NCBI RefSeq assembly: GCF_006345805.1
Contig: NC_043002.1
Coordinates: forward strand, 12,648,001 to 12,712,000
Length of the DNA: 64,000 nt
Source of the DNA: Octopus sinensis
Taxonomy: Eukaryota
Direction: 5' to 3'
A model generated the notes under the pieces. The model was not told the DNA's origin. It saw only the letters and a program-made list of their open reading frames with translations, and did no database searches. This document shows, piece by piece, positions 1 through 11,115 of the stretch (within the stretch, counting starts at the first letter, position 1; each line of letters begins with the position of its first letter). The translations under genes and the position numbers were made by a program.

Positions 1-345
1 ACCCCAGCACGCAACTGGTACTTAATCTATCGACCCCGAAAGGATGAAAAGCAAAGTCGACCTCATCTGAATTTGAACTCAGTGAGTAGCGGCAGACAAA
101 AATACCGTTGAGCATTTCGCCCGGCGTGCTAACGTTTCTGCCAGCTCGCCTCCTTTCGACCATAACTATACTCTTCTACTCTCGGCACAAAGCCTGAAAT
201 TTATAGGATGGGAGCCAGTCAATTAGATAAACCCCAGCACGCAGCTGGTACTTAATTTAACGACTCCGAAAGGATGAAAAGCAAAGTCGACCTCAGCTGA
301 ATTTGAACTCAGAACGTAGCTAACGATTCTGCCAGCTCGCTGCCT
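1..345 (-). mobile_element. Two adjacent copies of a tRNA-derived SINE (family a)
   Basis: Repeated 'gacccc gaaaggatgaaa..caaagtcgacctc..aatttgaactc'; reverse strand has a GAGTTCAAAT B box; further copies at ~16650-16740, 21650-22250, 29480-29660, 32190-32340, 42560-42960, 61520-62140. Confidence 0.8.
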
Positions 346-559
346 TTCGATCATGAATATTAATCATAAAAATTCACCAGTCTCTAGGAGCAGGCATGGT
401 CATGTGGCCATCAAGGTGGCTTAGTGGTCAACATCTTGTAAGTTAATTTGGTTGTCCGGATCTAAGTAGAGTTTCTTCGTATATATGTACATAGGGGAAG
501 ATGTGACTGTGGTAAGAAACTTGCTTTCCAACCACATGGTTCTGGGTTCAGTCCCACTG

Positions 560-850
560 TGTGCGCGTGTGTGCGTGTGCTTATGTATGTTCATATGTGT
601 GTTCATCTGTGTGTGTGTATGTGCATGTGTGTGCGTATGTGCGTGTGTGCGTGCGGGTGTGTACGTGTGTGTTTGCGTATGCGTCTTTGCGCGTGTGTGC
701 GTGTGTCTGTGTGTGCGCGTGTATGTGCGTGGGTGTAATTGCGCGCGTATGTGAGCGTGTGTGTGTGCGTATGTCTTCATATGATTGCGTGCATGTGTGC
801 GTGCGTGTTCATGTGTGTGTACATGTGCGTCTGTGTGTGTGTGTATGTGT
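560..850. repeat. Degenerate (GT)n microsatellite
   Basis: Visible GT/GC dinucleotide run; many other (TA)n, (TATG)n, (GA)n, (TAA)n, (TAC)n and (GATA)n runs occur across the window. Confidence 0.9.
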
Positions 851-1008
851 TAAATTTGCATAACGTACGGAAAAAATACCTGGAAAGAGAAAAGGATTTA
901 AACAGGACAGCAATCGGCTGTTTCCGGAGGTTTTTGGAATTAAGTATTTTGAGCGGATTATATGGACATAATCTATTGGAATTTCCCTATATATCGATTT
1001 TGACATAT

Positions 1009-1370
1009 TTAGTTAGTTAGTTAGTTAATTTTTGGCTCAAAAAGCAAAAAGCAAGGCCATGTAGGGGGACATGGAGTTAAGTACAGGGTGGTGTTCATGT
1101 AAAGAGTTCAGGCCACTTGAGGTCAAGGGAGACTTTGAACCGAGCGGTCGTCGGCATCTTCACCATCTCGTCCGGCAGCTTATTCCACGGATCCGCAACC
1201 CGGACGGAGAAAGCTCCTCTCCTTCGATTGAGATGAAATCGTCGCAGGTAGAGCTTTTCGGAATGACCCCGCAGCCGACGCTCTGGAGCAGGAGTGAAGA
1301 ACAGCTCTTTCGAGAGGTTACACTTTCCGCTTATGATGTTGTGAGCGAGAATGAGATCACCACGGCGACG
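1009..1370 (-). mobile_element. CR1-group LINE 3' fragment
   Basis: Reverse translation RRRGDLILAHNIISG...FSVRVADPWNKLP...DLKWPELFT*, followed by a short UTR and (CTAA)n tail. Confidence 0.8.
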
Positions 1371-1404
1371 TATATAGCTTGGCTTATTTCATAAATAAAC
1401 AAAC

Positions 1405-1735
1405 GCAATGTGGCTGTGTGGTAAAAAGCTTACTTCCGAACCACATTATTCCAAGTTCAATCGCACTGCGTGGCACCTTAGGCCTCCTGAGTGGATTTCG
1501 TAGACGGAAACTGAAAGAAGCCCATCGCGTATATATATATATATATATATTTTTGGTGAGACAACCGATGTTGGTGTGTTTACATCCCCGTAAATGAAAC
1601 CGATAGAATAATTATCAAGCTTAGAAATTAAAGTAGTGAGGTTGATTCATTCGACTAAAATTTCTTCTAGGCGTTGCCCCAGCATGGTCGCGGTCTAATG
1701 ACTGAAGCAAGTAAATGATATAAGATAAAATAAAC
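1405..1735 (+). mobile_element. tRNA-derived SINE (family b), decayed
   Basis: 'gtggctgtgtggtaa...gttcaatcgcactgcgtggcacc' head/body and 'cagcatggtcgcgg..tgactgaa' tail. Confidence 0.7.
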
Positions 1736-2044
1736 AAACAGACACCGTATACTTTAAAGCACTTTATTTTCTTTTAGTAACATGCAATTCTAAACGTTAG
1801 AATAGGACGACTGGGCGCAGCTGATTCGGCGCTGAGGATTTGGCATGGTCGACTGGACATTTAGCCTGTTTTGACAACAGTTCATTTTGGTGCTAGATGC
1901 ACACACACACATATACACACACACAAACGCACGCACTGCGTGCGCAAAAGTATACCTTTAGGAAAGTAAGGGAGGGGCATGGCATTTCAATTTATTAGTT
2001 GAAAGGAATTGGCAGAAAAGTTTTCCATATCTTCACATACACAA

Positions 2045-2102
<58 letters not shown>

Positions 2103-2766
2103 AGAGAGGGGAAGAGAGAAGGACAGAAAAAAGAGAAACATCAAAAATATTTCATGTCAAATAAGTCAGCGTGGGATCAGCGACGCCAAACAGTCGGCGC
2201 CAAGTTGGCTGCTCCAAAACGTCTCATACCATCTAAATTTTACTGCTTCGAAAGACGTATCATCTGGGTCATCGTTGCTGAAGCCGAAAGCCATTTCTGA
2301 AATATTTAAAAATATCAAACATTAAAAGATTTAATTAACTAAAATGCATCAGTTAATATTTTCTTTTAACCATGTTATCATATACGTAAAATATGAAGTA
2401 AAAAATATCACTACCATGTATCTGATGTCTCTAATTCTTACTGAGATATAATATTCTTTTCCTTTAAGGAATTATGGGCTTATGTAACGTGAATTTTCCA
2501 GCGTATATAGCAGACAGTATTGTTTTTTAATGTTGAAATGTATCAGAAATATGAGTCTACGACTAATGCGGCGATATGACAGATGGGAGATCGAGCGCCG
2601 TAGGTTAGAAAGCCTGATGAGCATAAGTCTGCTACCCACAATAATTGGTGCTGATCATAAAATAATGGAAATAGGAAAAAATATCACATTCTCTAAGAAA
2701 AAGTTAAAGAAAAATTCCTTATAGTATGTCGGTAGTCATGTGGTGGGGTCATATAATCTCATTACA

Positions 2767-2806
<40 letters not shown>

Positions 2807-3005
2807 AATGTGACCGCGTTGGCGATTTTTTTCCCTCCATCTTCCCTTCTCTGGATCTTTCCTTTTCCTATGTTTCTGACGAAGAGCGCCGCTCGATGCG
2901 TAAAACCCTCCTTCTTCCCTTTCTTTCTGAGCGTCCAATAATACTATATTTGTTCCACGTCCTCGCGTTGTTGTGTTTTCTCTTGGTGTTTTCATGTTTG
3001 GATTA

Positions 3006-3044
<39 letters not shown>

Positions 3045-3740
3045 TTAAATAATAAGGGTAAAAATTGAATATTAATTTGATTAATATCAATTTAAAAACA
3101 GTGGTCTAGCATATCAAAACCTGAAGCTTCAGAAAATTATATTACATACATATAAGTGTGATGACCACTACGTGGTCAACCCTTATGGTAGAAGTAGATC
3201 CGTTATGGTCTTACCACTATGACAGGAATGTTCTCAAGAAAATTCAGCAAACGCCAGAACGTAAGCAAGCAAGATAAATGGAAAGAAACAAAAATATAGA
3301 TTAATCATAGACATGTTTCGCTATCAACAGTTACGCAATTTAAATTATGCAATTGTCCATAGCTCTTCGGTATGATAGTCATTGCAAATATAATTTGCAG
3401 AACTATACACGAGACGTTCGCATGCGATCGAACATGCATACAGTTCTACCAATTACACTTGGGGTTATCTTTCAAAAGTCCACGTTTTGGCGCGTTAAAA
3501 TACCGGGAATAATTCTGCAGAAAATAATTCCCTGCAGTAAATTTTACCGGTTAGAGAACATGGTTATTTAAATTTAAATTTAAAATAATAAGGATAAAAA
3601 AATGAATATTAATTTGATTAATATTAATTTAAAACCAGTGGTCTAGCATATTAAAATCTGAAGGTTCAGAAAATTATATTACATACATATTTATGTATAT
3701 TGAATATATGTATATTGTTTGTATATATATTGTATGTATG

Positions 3741-3775
<35 letters not shown>

Positions 3776-3799
3776 TGTATACATATATTGCATATGTAT

Positions 3800-3843
<44 letters not shown>

Positions 3844-3909
3844 TATATAATATACATATGCAATATATATATACAAGTTTCTCTTGGAGAAACTTAGCTT
3901 GATTTGAAC

Positions 3910-3944
<35 letters not shown>

Positions 3945-4014
3945 TAATAATAATAATAATAATAATATCGAAAGATACCTTAGGAATGAGAACCCATGTT
4001 CGAAATTTCCCCAA

Positions 4015-4060
4015 GACACCTGATGAAGGCTGGAGGGTATATCAGCCGAAACGTTGTGTT
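4015..4060 (+). ncRNA. Minimal type-I hammerhead ribozyme motif in the tail of a SINE-like repeat
   Basis: GACAC CTGATGA A GGCTG-loop-CAGCC GAAAC GTT GTGTT: stem I, intact core, 5-bp stem II, palindromic AACGTT stem III. Confidence 0.75.
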
Positions 4061-4793
4061 AACAACAAAGATGAAGACAAATATACGTCAAATGTAAACA
4101 ATGTAATTGATATATATAAATGTCTTTGTAAACTTGTTTTTTTAAAAGTTAACTGTTGAAGGACCCTCTATTTTATCCCTCTCACTTAAATTATAGCCAT
4201 GGGAAAGTGAATACCTAATCATATTATTATCTCTCTCTGCTATTGAAAGAAAATGAACGACTAGTTTACATGAAACTTTATTTATCTAATGTATTTCGGG
4301 ACGGTCATTTTTTATTACTTGTTTTGGTAAATAAACACACGCACTATATATTCGTTCTTCACCTGTTTATTTCTGTTTTTATTCAAAGTCCAATGTCTGG
4401 AAATCATTCGTCACACATCTGTGACCTCTTCAGTGACACTTTCCGTTCTCGTATGTGCTCTTGCTCAGCTTAGACTATAAACGTTTATTTATTTATTTTT
4501 ACCCACAAATAACAGTTTTAAAATGGTAGCGTCATTGTGTTACAGATTATGTAAGAGAGGAAAGAATCGTTCAGTCTTTCTAACTCTAGAGATATTTCAA
4601 AGACAACCGAGGTCAAAGAGTTAGAAATAAACCTCAGTGGTAACGAAATGGTATGTACAGGTCTGTGGATGGCTTCTTGACAGTAATGTGAATTAAAATT
4701 ATTTTATTACCAGGTGTTCTTTTACTCGTTTCAGTCAAACTTCGGAACAGACACCGTTAAAAGATAAATAAATAACTAACTAAATAAATAAAT

Positions 4794-5191
4794 AGGTGCA
4801 GGAGTGGCTGAGTAGTAAGCAGCTTGCTTACCAACCACATGGTTTCGGGTTCAGTCCCACTGCGTGGCACCTTGAGCAAGTGTCTTCTACTATTTCCTCG
4901 GGTCGACCAAAGCCTTGTGAGTGGATATGGTAGACGGAAACAGAAAGAAGCCCGTTGTATATATGCATGTGTGTGTTTATGTTTGTGTGTGTGTGTTTGT
5001 CCCCCCAAACATCGCTTGACAACCGATGCTGGTGTATTTACGTCCCCATCACTTAGGGGTTCGGCAATAGAGACCGGCAGAATAAGTACTAGGCTTACAA
5101 AGAATAAGTCCTGAGGTCGATTTGCTCGACTAAAGGCGGTGCTCCAGCATGGCCACAGTCACATGACTGAAACGAGTAAAAGAGTAAAGAG
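4794..5191 (+). mobile_element. tRNA-derived SINE (family b), full length
   Basis: A box tggctgagtagt, B box GGTTCAGTCCC, body, internal (GT)n, tail ggcggtgctccagcatggcc...(gagtaaa)n; other copies at ~54620-54975 (-), 38755-38930 and 55175-55340. Confidence 0.85.
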
Positions 5192-5454
5192 CATAGCACA
5201 AGAGCTGTGATCTTTCAATGGGGAGAAATATTAGCTTGACATGCAGGAGACACCTATCCCTGATCTCAGAGCTACACACCCTGTCAAGTAACGTAATTTC
5301 AGGGATATGTTAAGTGAAACTCTTTCGACCAATTTTATTCGCAGTCATGCAGCTAGGGTCATTATCAAACATTCACGATCATAGGTAAGAACAGACACAT
5401 AAACCGAGCCGAAGAGAGGTATATGATAGAAGTAAACATCAAAAAGTCACTTAC

Positions 5455-5634
5455 ATAGTTTCTGACAATGTGCCTGTCTTTGAGTGGTACATCTTTGTAG
5501 CTGGACGTTAAAAAAAAGGTCTGCTTGGCAAGCCATGGAAGGATACGAGGTTCCGTTGTAACAAGGAATAAACCTATGGCAGTCTTGAGGATCACGGTTA
5601 CATCCAGATCGGTGTGGGTGACAGAGAGGATCAT
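5455..5634 (-). CDS. Chitin-binding protein gene A, exon 2 (CBM14 domain 2)
   Basis: Acceptor tttgtttgtag|AT GAT CCT, in phase with exon 1; DPLCHPHRSGCNRDPQDCHRFIPCYNGTSYPSMACQADLFFNVQLQRCTTQRQAHCQKL; 180 nt; followed by GTAAGT (donor, or read-through CK-stop ending at 5447). Confidence 0.88.
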
Positions 5635-6236
5635 CTACAAACAAAGCATATCAATACGGTTTTAATTAAAGGTCTATCTTGGTTTATCTTGTTTATTTCC
5701 AGGTTTTAATACGCATATCTATATGCACGTATGGCACACACACATGCACGCATATATGCACGTAGGTGACTTAATATAGAATGATTGTCGTCATTTCTTT
5801 CTCTTTTGCCTGCGTTGTTTGCCTTTTAAGTGCTGTGGTTTTACTGGGATCTCCCTTTTAAGTAGAAAGAATAGCCATAACTCTTTGATTGCTATGTCTA
5901 AATCCGGTATGTGGTGAGGCAAATCGTTGCTAAACCCTTAATTACTTAGTATATATATACATACATACACGGGGTTTATGAAAAGAGTATCGTGAAAGGC
6001 CTGGTTCGAGGCCCAATCTTCCAAGTTCTTTTATAGAGATTAGAAAAAACTGAAGGACCGTTGCAACAAGTGCATGAATCTGAGAGGGGAATATGTTGAA
6101 TAAAATCATAATTACCCGTTCTTGCTGGCTGTTATGTTACCCAAAGCTAGGAGCTTTTCAGAAACTCTCGTGTATGTATGTATGTATGTATGTATGTATG
6201 TATGTATGTATGTATGTATGTATGTATGTATGTATG

Positions 6237-6308
<72 letters not shown>

Positions 6309-6323
6309 CACATACATATATAT

Positions 6324-6363
<40 letters not shown>

Positions 6364-6995
6364 GAATATACATATACTGCATTATCAGATTCTAGGTTTT
6401 CCATTTTTCAGAGGTTCTTCCTAGAGGTAAGACAAATTTTTTTTCATGTTTGTTGCACACACGCGTCTTTGCTAGTATATACGCAGTGAAGCTATACAAT
6501 AGCGTCGTATTTATTACGATTGCTATTTTCCAGTAAATATCGGTGCCTCGTTGTACCATTTATTTACTTTTATATGTATAATTATACCCTTACGGGCTAT
6601 CTTTTACTAGAAAGCAATACTTTCGTATTGCATTATTATTTTTATTGAAACTTCGTCATTGTTATCGTTCTGTTAACGTTTTGGCGTTCAGACGAGTGTA
6701 CTGGCATAGATGTGGCAACACATGAAATTTTGTCCAGGTATATGCAACTGATGAAGACAAATCAAATCTACGTTGTCAAACGTATTTGAAGAGTCTGAAA
6801 CCGGTACAGCATTATCCGATTCTAGGTTGTCCATTTATCAGATGTTCTTCCTAGAGGTAAGACAAATTTTTTTCATGTTTGTTGCACACACGCGTCTTTG
6901 CTAGTATATACGCAGTGAAGCTATACAATAGCGTCGTATTTATTACGATTGCTATTTTCCAGTAAATATCGGTGCCTCGTTGTACCATTTATTTA

Positions 6996-7044
<49 letters not shown>

Positions 7045-7951
7045 TCCACTGATGAGATCCAGAGATTCTCAGTATAGAAGACAGTGCTGAAAAGTTTCAA
7101 ACTTAGACTCCGATGTCTTTACTGGGAATCGATTTGATTGGGTAAAGAATGACTATAAAAGAGATCAAGTTGAACGGATATAGAACCAATTATGCGGATA
7201 AATAAGTATAATAGTTAGTCTATGAAATGCAAAATATTTATATGTGTATAAATGTAAAACAAGAGAAAGCCAAAAAATGGAGACTTTCAGACGATGAATT
7301 TTTAAGTATAAATATATAGGCAATTATATTAATAGATCGCTCTTGTACAGATTACAAACGACAGAGAAAATTAAAGGGGTGAGAGAAAGGTGTCATATAT
7401 CCGACAGCTGTTTCTGAGGTTTGGAGATTCACTATAATGCTGGTAGATGTGATTCAACACAATATGGAGCCGTTGATTGCAAGCAATCAAGATCGGATAA
7501 GTCGATCCTCCGTCATCAGTGTAGAAATGATCTTACATTTCAGAACAGCTCAAATATTCCATTACGGCCGCATATTGTGATGAACTGCATCTCCGAGCAT
7601 TATCATGAATCTCTGAGCTCCCAGGAACAGCTGTTGAACTTATAACACCTTTCTTCCACTCATTTAATTTTCTCGGGGGCATTTGTACACTGTGTAAGCT
7701 GGATCTGTTAATTGAAATATCAATATATTCATCGTCTGGAGGTTTCCTTTTTTTGCATTCTTTCATCGCTAGCCACTAAACCTTTTTTTTATTATTTTCT
7801 CTCTCTGTTTATTTCTGCGTTCCTTTCTGTTGAAGAGCGTAGGCTCGAAACGTAAAAGACTTTCTCACTTCCCGAACGTTAAACTAATACATGTTTGCTG
7901 TTTATACACCCGTCTTCGTCTATTGTTTTTTGTTTTGTTTGTAAATTCCAG

Positions 7952-8054
<103 letters not shown>

Positions 8055-8521
8055 TATGTATATGTAAAAAAATACAAACTGGGACAAGAACGCAAAACAT
8101 TTAGAAGACGATACAGAAAACACGGACGGGACATTCGAAGCCTTCAATCTTCAGTCAAGAACCGGATCATCCTCGCAATTTCGGCTGATTATACGTATAC
8201 ACATACATATACATAAGTATACAAATATATATTTGATACCAAACTATTATATTTAATATATCATTTGTTTATTCGCATAATTGTCTCTCTCTCTTTGTAT
8301 GTGTGTATGTGTGTGTGTGTATGTGTGCATATATACATAACATATGTGCATATAAACTTACCAACCAAAACTAGAAACAGAAAAATGACTGTAGACCGTT
8401 AATTAAAATCTTATCACTGTTTTGTTTGTAATAATAACAAGGATAATGATGGCGATAACAATAATAAAAGTAATAATAATAATGACAATGATAACAATAA
8501 TAATGATAATCAACATCTTAC

Positions 8522-8798
8522 TGAATCTTCCTCCATAAATATGACGGTTGCAGTCATCATACTGGCTGTGCCTCCACACACACACTTGTAGTGCTTGGGA
8601 AAACACCGTGTATTTACCACACGAAAATGGTCGGGGGTACATGGGGTTACAAAAGTAGAATTCACTGCAGTTCTTTGGCGACCTGACATAATTTGCCCCT
8701 ATTCTTGTTTCTAGTTGTTTGCACAGAGTCATGATGTTTTGGCAATAAACTGTCGATACTGCGATCAGGAGAACGACGGCTGCAACACGAAGTCCCAT
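8522..8798 (-). CDS. Chitin-binding protein gene A, coding exon 1 (signal peptide + CBM14/peritrophin-A domain 1)
   Basis: ATG at 8798, MGLRVAAVVLLIAVSTVYCQ hydrophobic leader, then C-x17-C-x5-C-x9-C-x12-C-x9-C spacing with aromatic residues; ends TTC A|GTAAGA (phase 1), 277 nt; homologous exons at 30892-31168 and 45703-45979. Confidence 0.9.
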
Positions 8799-8928
8799 TA
8801 TCGTAATCTTTGTCAATTGTAAAATCGAAGACGAGCTAAGACGAATGGTCTGCAAAAAGAGAATGGTAACCTATCACGACAGACTGGTGACCTCGGCGTG
8901 TGTGATTGAGTTGCCTTAAAATAACGCT

Positions 8929-8936
8929 CTTATATA
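8929..8936 (-). promoter_or_regulatory. TATA box of gene A (TATATAAG)
   Basis: About 130 nt upstream of the ATG; the same motif is at the equivalent position in B and C. Confidence 0.6.
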
Positions 8937-9327
8937 AGCTATCTGTGGAGTTGGGGGTGAGGTTTAGGTTCAGACATAGACTAATGCTTCGGGTTAGTGT
9001 TTAAGTGACTCAGAATTTGATGTCTATTCTTTTAGATAATCTTTAAGCTAATGAATATCCGCCCAATAATCACGTTATGCAACTTAATTCAATTGAGTTC
9101 TTTACCTCGTCGTCATTTAGGTTTTTTTTTCAGTTCGTCTCGTTTGTTTCAAATACATTTCTGTCAATAAAGACACACACACGCACACGCTCAGACATCC
9201 AACCACATATATATATATATATACACACGGACACACAGACACACACATTTATATATACACTTACACAAATATGCGTATATATATATATATACATACATAT
9301 GTATATGTATATTTATGCAATATATAC

Positions 9328-9400
<73 letters not shown>

Positions 9401-9792
9401 CATACATACATACATACATACATACATACATACATACATACATACATACATACATACATACATGTATATATATATATGTATATGTATATGAGTGCAAACA
9501 GAGGTGGATATATACTGTAACAGTGACCGAGTATTTAATTATTAATTACATCGAGAAAATCTTTATATATCATAATTGGAATTCGTGTTGGCTCCCCACC
9601 ACACATGCACAGAAACAAAAAGACACACACACACACACACACATGCATTCCTATACGAGTCCATAAAGATGAACAATTAAAAACACTTTAGTAAACACTT
9701 ACATTCCACAAATACGTACAAAGAATCTTCAAACGCATTCACACAGAAGTGAACGCCTAAGTAAGACACGGAAAATGAATAACACAACAAAA

Positions 9793-10189
9793 TCTTTATA
9801 TATAAAAGTGAAGTTGTGTGTCTGTCTGTCTCCTACGATTTAGATTCCTAACTACTCCCACATTTTGCGGTGCAGTTTAACCAAAACCGGGTATTTTATA
9901 GTCGTGATTCATATCGAGCCCTTCTGGGTATTAGCGCGCGTCTCCGATGAGTACGATTTAAAAAAAAATTCACTATAATTTTTTCCCATTTTTAATGCAT
10001 TTTTTGCTATTATATAAGGGAAGTAACTCTCTAAAAATGTATTATTAAATCTCAGAACGTAAAAAGCTACAGTAACCCCCCCCCCTTGTGGTTAGCCATA
10101 TTGAGATGGCTATTATACTTTACATCTCTAAAAATGCTTATATAGTTATTTCCCTTACAAACCCGAGCAATGCCGGGCGATACTGCTAG
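9793..10189 (+). mobile_element. Non-autonomous Helitron
   Basis: A|TC 5' end, subterminal hairpin CCCG-AGCAATGC-CGGG (10162-10177), CTAG|T 3' end, no TSD. Confidence 0.75.
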
Positions 10190-11115
10190 TAAACTATAAA
10201 TAAAAAGTAGAAAAAAAAAACAAAAACAAACAGCAGACATAATGGAGAAATCTGTATAAAGCTAGAAGTTAGACGGTTAAGATGGACGACCATATTTTTT
10301 TATACTACTCTATCTCCCCCACAGCCACACGTAAATGCTGCCATAGGATTAAAGGTTTAGCCCCTTTTTAGGAAGACCTCCTTGATTTAGTAGTGTTTAA
10401 TGCCATCTAAACAGAGGTGGTTCCTAGAAACCGGCGAAACTGTTATTTTAATCCCAGGAGGATGAGGCTACTTTCTCTAGTGCACGCTTCACACGATATA
10501 TATTGCGAGCGGGGAGAGAACTCCTTACTATTTTATCCCCGAGACCACTAGAACGTGCGGTTTCGACACCCTATGTTTGAAAGAGTAGTATCCTCGGTTC
10601 CTAGGAAACAACCGTGTTTAGGTGGCGTTAAAAATTACTTACTATAATTACTGCTTTGACCTCTTATAGAGATTTTTCTCTTTGAATTTGTCACCAATAT
10701 TAGATTCCGTAAATACTATAACCCTTTTGAAACTAAACTAAAATCTGATATTAGAAATTTAGAAGTTCTAAAAAGAATTCCGTATTTTCTGATAATACCA
10801 ACAACCTATACGATGTCACGAATGATCTGTATAATAAGCTGCTGAATAACATCATTTCCAGTAAATATAAGAAAGCTACCATAGATACAAAATTAATGAT
10901 AGATTAGAACGCTAAGCTAAAAGGGAATTTTTTATTCCCCTAAAAGTTCACAAACCTAATTTCAGTAATAGACCCACTTGTAAACTGTTAAACCCAGCGT
11001 GGGCCGAAGCGGTTTAATAATAAAAACCAAAACAAAAAGAAACTGCAAGGAACATTAATATCAAGGAACATTAATATAGGCGCAGGAGTGGCTGTGTGGT
11101 AAGTAGCTTGCTAAC

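Noticed and set aside
4388-4655. Two plus-strand exon-like segments with AG/GT borders, repeated in units C and D
   Set aside because: The second has stops in all frames; the first overlaps a decayed minus-strand hammerhead-like hairpin (CTGAAGA GGTCAC/GTGAC), which suggests a repeat relic
6738-6854. Cys-containing plus-strand frame (RCQTYLKSLKPVQHYPILGCPFIRCSS*) and AG|GTAAGA site
   Set aside because: Short, overlaps the hammerhead motif and a local duplication, and has no consistent splice partner
8100-8195. Minus-strand CTGAAGA...CTTCGAATGTC hammerhead-like string
   Set aside because: Stem II would need a 1-nt loop and stem I does not pair; too degenerate to call
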